A stretch of 63,229 bases of DNA, counting the filler, from Aduncisulcus paluster (taxonomy: Eukaryota): the NCBI GenBank assembly GCA_024181965.1. It is 6 parts of 6 records of this genome, joined end to end, with 100 filler letters (N's around TTAATTAATTAA, not from the genome) between each part and the next. Parts side by side here need not be neighbours in the genome. Positions count along the whole stretch, not along the records: positions 14,863 to 23,561 come from BQXS01011437.1; positions 23,662 to 51,683 come from BQXS01011438.1; 4 more parts are not named here. One strand, given 5' to 3'. Within the stretch, counting starts at the first letter, position 1, and the number at the start of each line of letters is the position of its first letter. Positions 23,201 to 36,514 of this stretch are shown here, in pieces. The notes under the pieces are model-generated. The model had not been told where the DNA came from. It searched no databases and worked only from the letters and a program-made list of their open reading frames with translations. The position numbers were made by a program, and so were the translations under genes.

Positions 23201-23661
23201 AATTGTTTTAGTCCAGTCATCAACGGGTAGATTCACTGTATCTAGTGATATTAGACGATTTTGCATGAATTATAGGAATAATTAGTCAAATTACTTGTCC
23301 ATTAAAAGTAAAAAAGTAAACTTTTGGAAGAAAATATTTAATATAGCATGCTGTAGGATAATTTTAGGTTGATTCGTATTTGAGCAGAATAATAAAAGAA
23401 CATTGCCTAATATGGCCTTTTTGTATTATTAATATCTTTAAAAACATTTTTTCTTGAGATGGCATTTCATTTATATTCGTAATTTCACCTCAATCAATGA
23501 TCATCTTCTTATCCAAGAAAGTAGAAGAAAGGATCCGAGAAATGTCTCATATGAAGTGTATNNNNNNNNNNNNNNNNNNNNNNNNNNNNNNNNNNNNNNN
23601 NNNNNTTAATTAATTAANNNNNNNNNNNNNNNNNNNNNNNNNNNNNNNNNNNNNNNNNNNN

Positions 23662-25467
23662 GAATCAACCTTGCACTTAACCATTGATAATGAAAGCTTA
23701 ACAACCTTCGGATCATCTCGTGGAATGGGAATTGCACCTTTGTCTCCTTCTTTGATAAATTCTGACTTCACAATTGGGGATTTGACCCATAATTGCTCCT
23801 TGATTTTACGGGCCATTGATTCTTCAGAGGATTCTTCACGGCAGAAAACAAGGGAAAGTATATTAAAATACTCTTTCTTCCCCCCTTTTCCTTCGATTTC
23901 ACATTTAATAATATCAGAAAGGTCAACCGGAAGGAAATACCAATGCATTCCTTCAAAATGAGGAAATTCGTATTTTTTGGTTATTCTGCTCCTCTTTGAT
24001 GTTGTAAAGATTAAAGAAAGATAGGAAGGAGGTGTTTCATAACTCGAGAGACACATATACGCTCCTTTCATAGAGCTAGATGAGGAGAAAGGAATGCAGA
24101 TATGTGTGGAAAATCCAGAATTACCCTCTCCTTTCATCATCTTTTTAGCATTAAAACTCTGATCATATTCAGCACTTTTTATGCTTTGTGTTTCATTTCT
24201 TGACTGAATATTCGAAAATTGTGGCTCTACGATTATTGGGGCATCTCGAGGAATAGGAATACAATCATACCCGCCCTTATTGATGAGAACTGGCAACGTG
24301 GTTCGAGTGGTAGGATTTTGTTGCCGTGAACTTGTTGACTTGGACAAAGAATCTTTTGGATTGTCTGAGGAAAACCCAGCACATTTCAGTAATTTTGATG
24401 GTAATTTGGTACCCTTTGCTTCACCACGAATAAAAACAAGAGAGCATATGGAAAAAGATCGACTCTTTTTCTCAATCCATGTTCCTTTCCCTTCAATCTC
24501 ACATAAAACAACGTTATCTAAATCAATAGGGAGAAAATGCCATTCATAACGAGATTTAGGTCTTGTAAATTCATACCTCTTCCAAGTCCGCTTTGTCATC
24601 TTGACATCATAACCAGGTTTGTAGGTCTTTGAAGCATCATTGAAATGAGAAAAAATGAATTGAAGAGATGGAGAACTTGCATTCTTGTCAATACATATAT
24701 AAGCCCCTTTGATAGAGCTTGGTGAGATGAAAGGGATTGAGATATGAGACATAGAGGCATAATCTTTCCCTTGTAACATATTTTGTGCCTGGAAAGTCTT
24801 ATCATAGAATTCAGATTCCTTACAATATGAGTTATCATTTCCTTTGACATTTGAGAATGAAGGAATAATGATTTCTGGATCATCTCGTGGGATAGGAATG
24901 GAATCTCTGCCTTTAGATTCATAATCTCCTTCTTTAACAAACTTTGACTCCACAATTGGAGTTTTATACCAAATTTTCTCTCTAAATTTTCGAGATAAAT
25001 ATTCTTCAGAGGTTTCCTCACGAAAGAAAGCGAGAGATAAGATATTAAAATATTTTTTATCTCTTCCTTCTCCTTCAATTCTACATAAAACAATATCAGA
25101 GAGATCAATAGGAAGGTAATACCAATGTACTCCTTTAAAAGAAGGAAATTCATATACCTCCACAATATTTGTTGTTGCCGATGAGAAAGAGGTTATGATA
25201 AGATGAGATGGAGGATCTTTGTAACCCGAGAGACAAATATAAACCCCTTTTACAGAGACAGATGATGTGAAAGGGATCCAAATTTGGGTAGATTGTCCAG
25301 AACTGCACTCTCCCTTCATCATCTTTCTTGCAATTAAACTAGTATCTTCAAATGTTGATTTAATATCAAAAATAGATTTAATCTTTTCAAAATATAGATT
25401 CAAAATCGTTGGATCATCTCTAGGAATGGGAATACAAGAAATGGACCCTTCATGAACAAAGATAGGC
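23662..25467 (-). CDS. Lineage-specific tandem-domain protein (PIPRDDP / KGAYIC / WxFLPIDL units), 3'-truncated by scaffold junction
   Basis: Three full and one partial unit of about 165 aa. Paralogous to 48312-51683. The 5' exon probably lies near 25581 (ATGGCTTG|GTATGT) but is unresolved. Confidence 0.75.
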
Positions 25468-25901
25468 TATTAGTTTAACATTATCGCATGGATTAGTATG
25501 CAAAAGATGAATAAACAAAAGAAATTATAACAATATGAAAGAATAAGATGACAAGAAGAAAACAAAGACATACCAAGCCATTTGTTTTCCTTAGACTATC
25601 AAATAGACCCATATTTCAATTCTAAATCTAACTTCTATTCAATATTATTGTCTGATATAAAAAGTATTGTTTCCAAAATGCAAAAAGGGGGGAAACTCTG
25701 AGAGAAAATCAAAATATAATGATCTGCGAGAAATAATGAATATTTACAAAAATAAAAATGAAATCTTCATATAAAAAGTATATATTAATAACATATGCCA
25801 TTACTAAATAAAAGATATCTTTTCCTTTCGGTCAATCTAGAGTCTCATTTTCTCGACATCATAAAACCATATTTTTCATATTTTGATAATTTCTCCTTGA
25901 A

Positions 25902-26838
25902 ATGGATACGTTGGAAGAAATCATAGCCTTTTTGGAAAGAGTTGGAAGTCATTTTAACGCACTCCCCTCAGATACTGGAAAGAAACAAGAAACAACAGAT
26001 CCATTTTCATTGAAAAAAAGCCTTGTTCATAAAATTATGTTGAATCTAAGGAAAAAAGTAAGAGAAGTTGAAGCTACAATTAAAGATCCTGAACAGAATT
26101 TAAAAAGAATATCGTCGCTTCAAATGTTAAGGACAGAGCTTGAAGTCTTTAGTCGCGAACGTGCAGAGCTTCGAGATTTGTATGAACGTGAGAAAATTGA
26201 GCTTCAAAAAGATGTTGACGAGGATTGATCCTCGGGATGCTGAAGATATTAATACAGAAAGAAAGAGGATTTGTGATCTTACGGATGAACATTATGATCA
26301 AATTCACGATGCTTATTATGCTCTATCCGATACAAGGTAAGTTGGACGATTTGGTGGAAGACAACGTTCCATGTTCTCACGACCAACAGAAATGACTCGC
26401 ACCCGGCTTGAACTTCAAACCAAAGACAGTTCGTTCTCTTCAGGGCGGGTTAGTGGCCCAATACCCGAGGTTGATGTCTCTATCGCTGATACTGAACTGG
26501 AGGATATTGATGGCGATAAAGAGGCTCAAATGACAGTTATTAGGAGGCAAGAAGATATGATTGGTGAAAGAATAGATGAGTTGCATGAGGTTTTACTTTC
26601 TGTAAAAAAACAAACATATGTGATCCGTGATGAATTGGAATTGCAAGATGTCATGATCGATGATACAGCTGAACGGATGGATGATACGGCGGCTACATTG
26701 GACAATGAGACAAAAAGAATGAAAAAGATCGTGAAAAAGTTGCGGAGTGGAAGCAAAGTAATTGTTGATATTATTTTAATTGTTTTATTAGGTGTTATTG
26801 GGACTGCTTATTGGTTGATAAAACAACGGACTGGCTGA
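25902..26838 (+). CDS. Qc-type SNARE (syntaxin 6/8 or SYP7-like), interrupted by a frameshift at about 26219-26228 and an in-frame TAA at 26338
   Basis: N-terminal helical domain, SNARE motif (QEDMIGERIDELHEVLLSVKKQTYVIRDELELQDVMID) and a C-terminal TM anchor. Confidence 0.75.
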
Positions 26839-27063
26839 GAATATGTTTAGAGATAATCTAAGCTATTCCTTGCCTTTGCGTTGATTTACGCATAGGACTT
26901 CCGATGACCCTTAATTGTGTCACAATTTGTGAACAAATTTGTCTTTCTTCAGATCTATTTGAGATTCTATATGTTGATTTATAAGTATTATAATACTTCT
27001 AATCTAATACTATTATTGATTATCACTAAATTTATTATATATATTAAATGAAGACCATTTTCA

Positions 27064-30000
27064 TTATTTTTTCTTTGGCTCCTCACGCAACAGTGAAGCG
27101 GCACTATACAAAATATGAGTTTTAATTCCAGTGTACTCTGGCCATTTTGCAATGACATCAGAACAAACCTGAACACACTCCCGAGGCTTTTCAGCTTTCA
27201 TCAAGTTGAAGGCCAATCGATATCCAAGAGTTGCCTTATTCTTTGTGCAGAGTTCCCAAGCTTTCTCATAGTGATCAGCGGCATCAGCAAAAGCTCCTTC
27301 TTTTTCACACACAAATCCCCATAGTTCATGAGCACGGGCACAACTTTGGCTGACGTGAAGAGCAGACTTGACGTGTTTAAGCGTCAAATCTATCTTTCCA
27401 GCAGCAATATACAACTCAGCAAGAACAAGAGCACCGCGTACAAACCAATGTGATGATCTTTCAGTTGATTTTAAAGTGACAAGCTGCTTGAGGTAATTTC
27501 TTGCTTTTGGAAGTTGCTTCAAATGAACTTCAACCACACCAAGAGCTGCAAGCATTGCAAGTGCATCTTTGTCATAGATATCAAGAGCTTTGAGAAGTTT
27601 CTTTTCAATGGCTTGCAAGGCAGCACGTTTTTCATCCTTTATACTCTGCAAGAAAGAACGAAGAGCCTTATCAGCGCCAACAGCTTTGTCACCTTCAATC
27701 TTGATTCGTTCCTTACTCTGTCTATACTCAGCACAAGCCAACAACGCTTGTAGAGAATAAATCAAATTAATGGGCAATGATTCTTTCCTTTGACACTGTG
27801 ATATGAGAGACTGTGCACTCGTCAACTGTGCTTCACGATCGGACAAGGATTCTTTCATGCGTTTCAGTTCCTTGTTTGTTCCAATGGTCTCCGTGCCTTC
27901 AGATTTTGGTCCTTCACCCTCTGCTTTTTTCTTGAATAAAATGAGGTTTGCAATTGTTTTCATGGATATACGACCACCAGAAGAGTTTAATTGACCACTG
28001 ACACTGTCCTTACTGTCACTGACATCACTCAAATGAGCACCAATTGTCATATCGTCAGAAGGGGATAAGAAACACAATATAAGATTCACGGTGGCCTCTT
28101 CAATTTCGTCAAGATCCGTGGAGTTCTGTCTGCAATGATTGAAACAACACAAAGCAGCATTTGCTCTTCCAGTCTCCTTAAGGAAAACACCACAAATCAA
28201 GGATAATGAAGGGTGTAACACATTCACAAGTACAGGAGTCAGAGAGGATAAACATGACACTGTATGTTTCTTGTTGTGGGTCAAGGCAGTATTAACAACT
28301 TTGAGAATATGTTTCTCACCCTGGTGGAGTCGACCGGCACGTTTGAGTAAATTCACAACTTCTTGCAACCCTTCAACATCATCAATAGGTTGATCTTCAT
28401 TCAGAGCAACATCAGAAATATCTCCAGTGTCAATATCTTTCCTGAGGAGAGAAGAGAGCTTCTTGTCAGCCAACGTCTTGTGCCCAGAATTGTAGGATGC
28501 CTCTGCGATGAACACTGTAGCTCTCTCTCTGGCCTTTGATGCACGAACAGTTATTTCGGGTGAAAGAATGAGTTCACATGTCGCCTTCACTTTCTCCCAT
28601 TCTTTTCTGTCCTTGTATATGCATGCAGCCATTTCAAGGGGAGAGGAAATGAAAGGAATGATTTCATGGGCCTTCTCGAAACAATTCAGAGCATTCTCAA
28701 CACACTCTTTCTGCCTGGATTGTGATACATCAGCTCTTTTTACACTGACTGTCATCGCATCACTCAACCTGCGATGTGAAGGCAGCAACAGCGGGAGAGA
28801 GAGGGAAGCAACACGTAGAAGGAGATCTGAACGCCTCGCAAGACGTAACCAAGCACACCCAGTCATGCAAGAGAGACACATCCGCATCAAAATGGAAGGA
28901 GAAATAGCTTTCATTGATGTTTCTGGGAGAGAAAACGACTTCTCTCGCTTTTCAATCTCTTTGTGGATGGTTGTGACAACGTCCATGCATTCAATCTCTG
29001 AAGATACCCATGATCCAAGAAGCGGATTGGATGAGGCAGAGCACAACCGAGGCCCAGACACATCAACACTCTCAACCATTGCGAGATCAAGGAATAAATC
29101 ACGCAACCACACAGATATAAGGAGAGGAAGAGAGTTCAGGTGACTGAATGTTGGGTGTTGAAGGGAAGCAATACCTATGGGGAGTGTGGGATGTTCCTGA
29201 AGTCGCTTTTTCTGAGCCTTCCACTCCTGCTTTCTCATCTTGTCACTTTTCTCGACCTTTACACCATCAATTTCTTCATATTCAGCTCCATCCTCCTCTT
29301 TTATCCATTCTTTGGCCTTCATAACACGAATCATTTCCTCTCTTTTATGTTGGGAAGGAATTCTTATACGGCTTGAGACATTACCAATAAGGGACATTGT
29401 GTGAGCAAGCGTGAGAGTGATGAGACAACGGTGAATGAAAAGAGGCGATGTCAGAGAACTTAACGCAATTAAACGCTTTGAAGCTGCAAAGAAGGTTGCG
29501 AGAAGAGAGGAGACAGATGAAAAGAATCCACTGGTGGTTGATCCATCACCGGAAGCACTTCCACTGAATAAATTAGCATTGCCTTGTTCAGGAATACCAG
29601 TAATAGAAAGTATGGAATCAATATCTATTCCTTCAATGAAACGAAGCCCACTTTCAGAGGTTCCCTGCAATATAATCGACAACGTGTGGATGTAGAAATG
29701 TTTAGCGATCTCCACTTCGAATGCACACTCAAATGCATGGCCCATCAACAATGAAAACACGGGATACCTCAAGGATGCAAGAGAAGAGAGAGTCTGTGAA
29801 GTGAGAAGAAGAAGGGGAAGAGAGAACAATTGAATATCCAAAATCGTCATTACCGGTACTCATATCCTCAATATCTTCTTCCTCACTCTCGACTTCTATA
29901 TCCTTTGCACTGCCCTTACTCTTTCCTTTCCCTGCGGTATTGTCATCTTCTTTTCTTCTCTTTGAACGTTTGCTCTTTCCTTCTTCCTCTTCCTCTTCCT

Positions 30001-33000
30001 CTCCTTCTTTCTTTTGTTCATCCCAACCTTCATCGTCCCAACCAGCTCCAAACAAATCTCCTTGCTGTTTCCTTGACTTCTTGTCGCCTTCCTTTTCATC
30101 TTTCCCCATTGAATCTCCTGTCTTGGATACATCACCGGCTTCTCCTTCTTCCTGTTCATCAAGAAGGACATCTTCAAGGTCATCTCCAAGCTTTCCAAGC
30201 AAATCTTCTTCATCCACACCCAAATCATCAACAGAAGTCTCGTCTTTCCACTCTAATTGGCTCACACGATCCTTAACAAGTTCATGGGCACTCTCATAAC
30301 AATACACAGCACGTAAAGGCTGTCCAATTGAGAGGAAAGCATGTGCCAGAAGGACATAGGACCGACAAGATGGACATGACTTCACAAATGACCAGAAACA
30401 AGCAACATACAGATCTTGAGAATGTTCTATTTTTAGATATATTGTACTCAGCATCATCAGAGCGACTATCTTATATGTGGATGATGAAGTATGGATGTGA
30501 ATAAGGTGATGTTCAAGAATAGGAACAAACGATGAACAAGAGAAAACAACAGGAGTTACAGAAACATTACCAGTCATAATTGAACCGTTTCCAACACCAG
30601 AATACGCTTTCAAAGAAGCATTAGATCCTGCGGATTCTGACATACCATTAACTTTTCTCTTTTCTTCTTTCTTCTTGGCACCATCCCTCAGTTTCCTTTG
30701 TCTCACACCCTCTTCAACAGCCTTCAGTGACATTACACAGATGCAGAAGCACACGTGGGAGAATGGGATGGCAGAAGAGTCACAATGAATGTGAGAGGGG
30801 GAAGAGGAAGTGGAAGAATTCAAGAGAGATGGAGATAAGGCACCAAATCCAACTGTACTCATCCTCAATTTATCAGATATTTTACCACTTTCAGTACGAC
30901 TCTTCACCAAACTATCAAGTAAATGCTGTCGGTATCGTTGAGCATGAGAGTTGGACAGAGCTCCAACAGGGAGGACAGGTAAGAATGAGGCAGCGAAAGA
31001 GGAGGAAGTGGATGTTGAAGATGCATGCATTGAGCGTTTCCCACGGTATCCTGGGTTACCTTTCCCTGCACCACGTCCACCAGCTTCGACATCATAGCCT
31101 TCAACTCCACCTGCAATCAAGACAACACTCACCCAAACACTACCAAGGGAGAAGAAGAATAGATCATGCAGACTGCTACTAAGGTTGCCTGTCGTAGCGA
31201 GAGACCTGGAGAGTGAGGCAGACAGAGAGGCTGCAGGAGATGATTTAAGACGTAGATTTGTTGAAGCACGTGCTGCTCCACGTTCAAGCCTATTCTTCTC
31301 TTCATAGCAAGCAATTAAAAGAGAAAAGGGGGAGTTTGTTGAAGATGTCATGAGAGAGAGAACATCAAGGCCAGTAGCATTGAAACGAACTCCAGAACCC
31401 TGTTTCAAAGCACCAGAGCTCGAAGAGACTCCAAAAATCTTTGAATGCAAATCGGTGAGTTTATCACGGTGTTCCTTCCATTCTCTTTCCCATTCTTTGT
31501 TATCAGCAATCAGCATCGTTGGTAAAGTGATAGCGGACATCAAGATCTGAGAGAGCATATATGCGGGTGTTTCAGTGATTGAGAACGACTTACTCAGTGC
31601 GATATCAATGTACATCTTGGCATCATTAATGGAAGTTTTCGCGGCAGTTGGTACACTGGCCAGACACATATCACTGAGATCAACGGAAGACAGAGACACA
31701 ATGGCCAATAACACGAGATAATACGAATCCAATGAGTGCAAAATATGGTTCTTGAATCCTTCACTTGAGTCGGAAGAAGCGGATGACACTGATGCAGAGC
31801 CACGTGAACGTGGCCCAGACCCACTTCCTTCCCCTCCTTCTCTTCCCCTCCTCATGATATTGTTGTACTTGGCCACCCCTTTCTCAACACATCCAGCAAT
31901 GCTGTGTGAGAAGCCAGAAAGCAAGGACAGACACATTGAACTCCTACCAGAGAGATAATGCAGCAGAAGGAGGTGAGAGAAGAGACTGACAGGCGGAGGG
32001 ATCACCGCAGAAGTCAAGGAGGATGAGAGAGCTGAGGAACTAATTGAAGCACCAGAGAGACCACCAGCAGCGTTAGCCAAACTCCTAATCTTACTACCGA
32101 TGCTTCGAGAATGCTTATTGTTACCATTGGACGAATCAAGCTTACTTCCCGTCATGTTGATTTGTTGAACCCCATCAATACTCTTCTCAGATCCCCATAC
32201 GTCACTGCAGAGGTTAATGAGGTCCATGACGAGGGATAAAGGCGGAGAGAGAGGAGAGGAGAGAGAAGAGGAGTGGAGAGGAAGAGGTTGAGTGATGGAT
32301 AATAATGTGTGAATGAGCGCAAGGGGAAGATGGATGTCGAGGAATGCAAAGAGAGATAGAGGGGAGTGACGATGGAAGACAGAAGGGAACTCATTCGACG
32401 ATATTGATTTGTGGGCTTGGACATGCAGAGATGGCATATCATTGACATCAGAGGAAGAGAGATGATGTCCGAAAGACCCAAACAACACATCATAGGCCTC
32501 ATTCTTCAATTTGAGGACATCTCTCATTCCTTCAAAATAAACTCCAATCCAATCTTTGATCCCATTATTGTAAGAATACATGCTATCACCAGAATTAAGA
32601 CCTTCTCCAGCGTGGGAAGCATGTGAGGCCACTCTGGGAGGGGTTAGAGTGGATGCAGCATTCAATAGAGTGTATATTAATGGGATAAGGGTCAAGGATG
32701 AAGGGAGAGCAGGAGTTGGGGAAGCTAGATCTTCAGTCTTCAAGACAGGAGACATCAAGCTATCATTCATGGGCTTTGAAGGGGATTTGTCAAGCTCACT
32801 CCCAGAGTCAGAGGATGAATACAATTTATGAAGACTTTCAGATGTAATCTTGTGACCGCTCTTCTTCTCAATCTCTAACATCTTCCTCTCGGCATCCTTC
32901 TTTTTCGCACCGCCAGCTAAAAGACCGGCAAGAACTGATCCAACGACCTCATCTGGAACCCATGTTCCAATTGAAAGTGGCAGAAGACCAGTATGAGATG

Positions 33001-35236
33001 AGAAAATAGGGGTGGAATCATGTATCACATGCGAAATAGAAGAATGATGGTTGGAGTTCAAGGCCATCGAACTCAAACCCATATCCCCAATTCCAGGACT
33101 TAGGCCCAGATCATCAATATCCAATGCACCGCGTGATTCTGTGTGTGTGGGCTCGGTAGCGGTATCGCCACCCATCCTGTTTTCACTCGATGACACTCCC
33201 CATTGGCGTTCACATTGTTTCAGCAAAGTGTGCAGAGCATGGGCATTGTTGTAGGCTACAAGACTCTCCTGGAAAGCTCCACTACGGAGCTGAGTGCGAC
33301 CAAGAAGGAGGTAGAGATCCATTATAGCTGAGATAGCGTGGATAGGTGAGTGAAGAGAGATGGAAGAGGGGGAGAGAGGAGAAACTACCATTACGTTGGA
33401 GGCTCCGGATGAACACGTCGAACAGAAACTATGAAGGGATTGAATCAAGGATGGAATTGGAAGAGGACGATCATTGGATATAGTTAAAACAGCATCTTCA
33501 CCTGATATCTCAGGTGATTTATATTTAGAATCATCGAAGGAATCTGATCTAAATTTAGAATCTTTGGTGGTCTTCTCAGTAAAGGATACAGAAAACGGGT
33601 TCACAGACAAACCATCATCGAAGTCCATGATCGAAGATCTCTTCTCGGCCTCCTCTTTTCTTCTTTTTTCCTCTTCATCTTCTTTGAGAGTGGCGTCATC
33701 ACCACCACTAAAGGATACTCCAGCGCCTTTCCATCTCATCTTCCTCGAACGTTCCTCTTCCTTCTCTCGTTCTGAGCCAATTGAACACACATTGTCAAAG
33801 GATATGCCAATAAGATGTGCTATTTTTAGAATTGTGAGAACAAGATCGGAATGGACAGCTCCCGAAGAGCCATGTCCAACTCCCATAATACTCCCTGCCG
33901 ACTTCCTCTGTCCTCCAGCACCACCCGTAGCACCGGTATCAGAAGAATTGTTGCTGAGTGCTGAGGATGGTACCAAAGCAAGAATTGAACTTAGAATACC
34001 ACTCAAAAACCCAGGTGGAAAGAGAAGCAATGGAGCCACAGAATCAACAGAGGATGATGGAATTATCTCATCGAATAAACGTTGCAAGAATGTATGGATA
34101 CGTGATAAATAACGAACAGGGGAGAGCAGAGAGAAGGACGAAGCAGGCCCTGAAGTAGCAGAGGCGAATGCTCCCCTGCGTCGAAGAGGAGAGCTAGGAG
34201 AACCCGAAGACTGGAATTCTGATGTGTCACCACCCTTTTCTTTATCAATTTTAACTCCGTTATATCTTTCCAAGCAAGAACACAGACATAACGACCACAG
34301 ACAGGTCAACGTCGTTAGATCTGTTTGTTGGTGGCTCGCATCGGACATTGTCTGTGTTGTTAGAGTGTATGCCTCAACAACACAACCACATCCAATCGAA
34401 CACTCAATGTGGAGACGCTGCAAAATGGAAGAGGCAGGGAAGACAACTTTGGCCTGCTTTACGAGATATAAACATTCTTCATACATCCCTAAATCTTTTA
34501 AGAACAATATCCACGACACAATTGCGTGAATAGAAGAGAATGCTTGCTGTGTGAGAGCATGATTAGAGAGTTTTGTGTATTCAGAAACTACTGCTCGAAT
34601 CTTAGCAAGTTGAACATCTGATTTACGAAGGCCATTGGAGGAATATGCAGCAATAGAGGTAGAATTTAATGATGATGGGACCTTAGGAGCCATAGAAGAT
34701 CGCTTACTTGATGGGATATCAAAGAAAGCAATACTATCTATAACATCATCGAAATTCAATGATTTTGAAAGAATAAATGCTTTTGTTGAACGAATTAACA
34801 ATAAATCTGTTGTATTAGAAGCTCTAACCAATCTATTAGCCTTGTCAATAAGTTCCATTGCAGAATACTGGTCATTGTTGAATAAAAAAACAAGTTTGGC
34901 GGCTCTGCACAAGTCATGAAAGGTAGCTCTATCTTGGAGTCTATCGATTTGAGCTGATAAATGAGAGAAATCATCACTACCTTCTCTTTTTCTTGAATTC
35001 ATAACCTTTTCAATGACATATAAACCATACGTTGCAGAAAGTACAAATTCAGGAAATGTTTTGATTGAAAGAAATGTTGTTTGAGATGAAATATAATCTA
35101 AGGACAGGTATTCAGCGACAGCTCTCCAAAAAAGAACTTCAGGATTGCTTCCGCGTTTAATAAGTTGGTTAGCAGATGATATAGCTATTCCATAATACCC
35201 TTCCCATATTAAAAATTCTATATTGGCATTCTTCAT
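27064..35236 (-). CDS. IFT139: Intraflagellar transport protein IFT139/TTC21B-like TPR protein, greatly expanded; frameshift at about 29850
   Basis: The N-terminus (IEFLIWEGYY...GSNPEVLFWRA) and the C-terminus (HYEKAWELC...LGYRLAFNLMKA..CVQVCSDVIAKWPEY.GIK..IL..A..LLR) match the ends of TTC21B. Confidence 0.8.
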
Positions 35237-36014
35237 AGGTGTGCGCAAGGAAGAAGGATATGAAATCTTAAAAAGCATTGCAATATTATTTATTTGGGCA
35301 ATTTCATCGATATATTATCTGATTATAGACATATTAACTACTTATATTATTTTTCATGCTGTAATGAAGAAGTAAACACTGGTCTCAGACCAATCTAGGC
35401 TAGATTTCAATTTTGTTGAAAGATGTTTCACAACATAGGAACTTAGTTCGATATAAATCACCAGGATTTCAGAAGATTATACAAGTTTATCCTGTTGAGG
35501 TTTGATTCCTTTGTGAGTAATTCAATTTCCGAAATTGACCGAGTTGGTTGAAAACTCTTGATTTACAATAGAATCCTGAATTTTATTTGAGTAAAATAAA
35601 TAATTATATACGAAATATTTTAGAAGTTTCAGTAATTGCTGTATTATTGATGTTTGAAAGAATTGCTTAATTCTTTGAATTGGAACAGAGCTAATAGTTT
35701 AAAATTACGTTGTATAACATTGCCTATGTTTTTACTATTACGAAAATAATTTTATATCTGATATTCTGAAGTTTTTCAATTGATTCTCATACTCGGTCTA
35801 TTTTTGGATGTTACCTTCAATCTTCTCCACCATATAGCATCGTTTGACGCATATTGAGTTTGTATGTACTAATAATTTTACCTATTTTTCTAAGTGTAAA
35901 ATATAATTTGTCTTATTTATATTATTTTCCATCTCTATCCATCCAAAATCTTTTCCTATCTCTATTTGTCGCTATTTCACCCTGTCAATTTGCTTATCAT
36001 ATGTTTCTTTAGCT

Positions 36015-36356
36015 ATGGTATGAATTATTTTTAATTTCTCATTTGATATTGTTTTTTGGAATCCCGTTAACCCCTTTTTTTTCATTTTTCTAAAATTCCA
36101 ATTTATTTTTAGGCCTCTCACAAATCTCTCCAAAGGAAGCTGAAGCTTGCCAAAGCTGCTCGTATCAACCGTGAGGTTCCCCGTTGGGTTCGTCAGAAGA
36201 AATCCATGAAGGGAAAGTCGTATGTTATTCTAGTTTTTCCCACTCCTTTTTGAATATTATCAATTTAAATTTATATTTTTCATCCATCTATAAACATATT
36301 TTAGCGTTCACAACACCCACCGTCACCACTGGCGTAGGTCTCACTTGAAGCTGTGA
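36015..36356 (+). CDS. RPL39: 60S ribosomal protein L39 (eL39), 53 aa; exons 36015-36017, 36113-36219 and 36305-36356
   Basis: Spliced translation is MASHKSLQRKLKLAKAARINREVPRWVRQKKSMKGKSVHNTHRHHWRRSHLKL. Both introns are GTATG..TTAG. Not present in the ORF track. Confidence 0.93.
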
Positions 36357-36514
36357 GTTTGATGAGGAACAATAAACTCGTAAGAAAAGAACAAGAAATT
36401 AAAACCATATAATTCTTTATTTGTTATTTATTTGTGTTTATTTATTGTTTTCTTTCTGTAACAAAAGGATAATTTGTGATTGAGTTTTTCATTGCTATTT
36501 TATCGTTTTGCTGG

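Noticed and set aside
26338-26340. In-frame TAA as evidence for a reassigned genetic code (as in hexamitid diplomonads)
   Set aside because: Well-conserved genes here (RPS5, DPH5, GARS, YKT6) terminate at TAA at the expected positions, so the code is standard.
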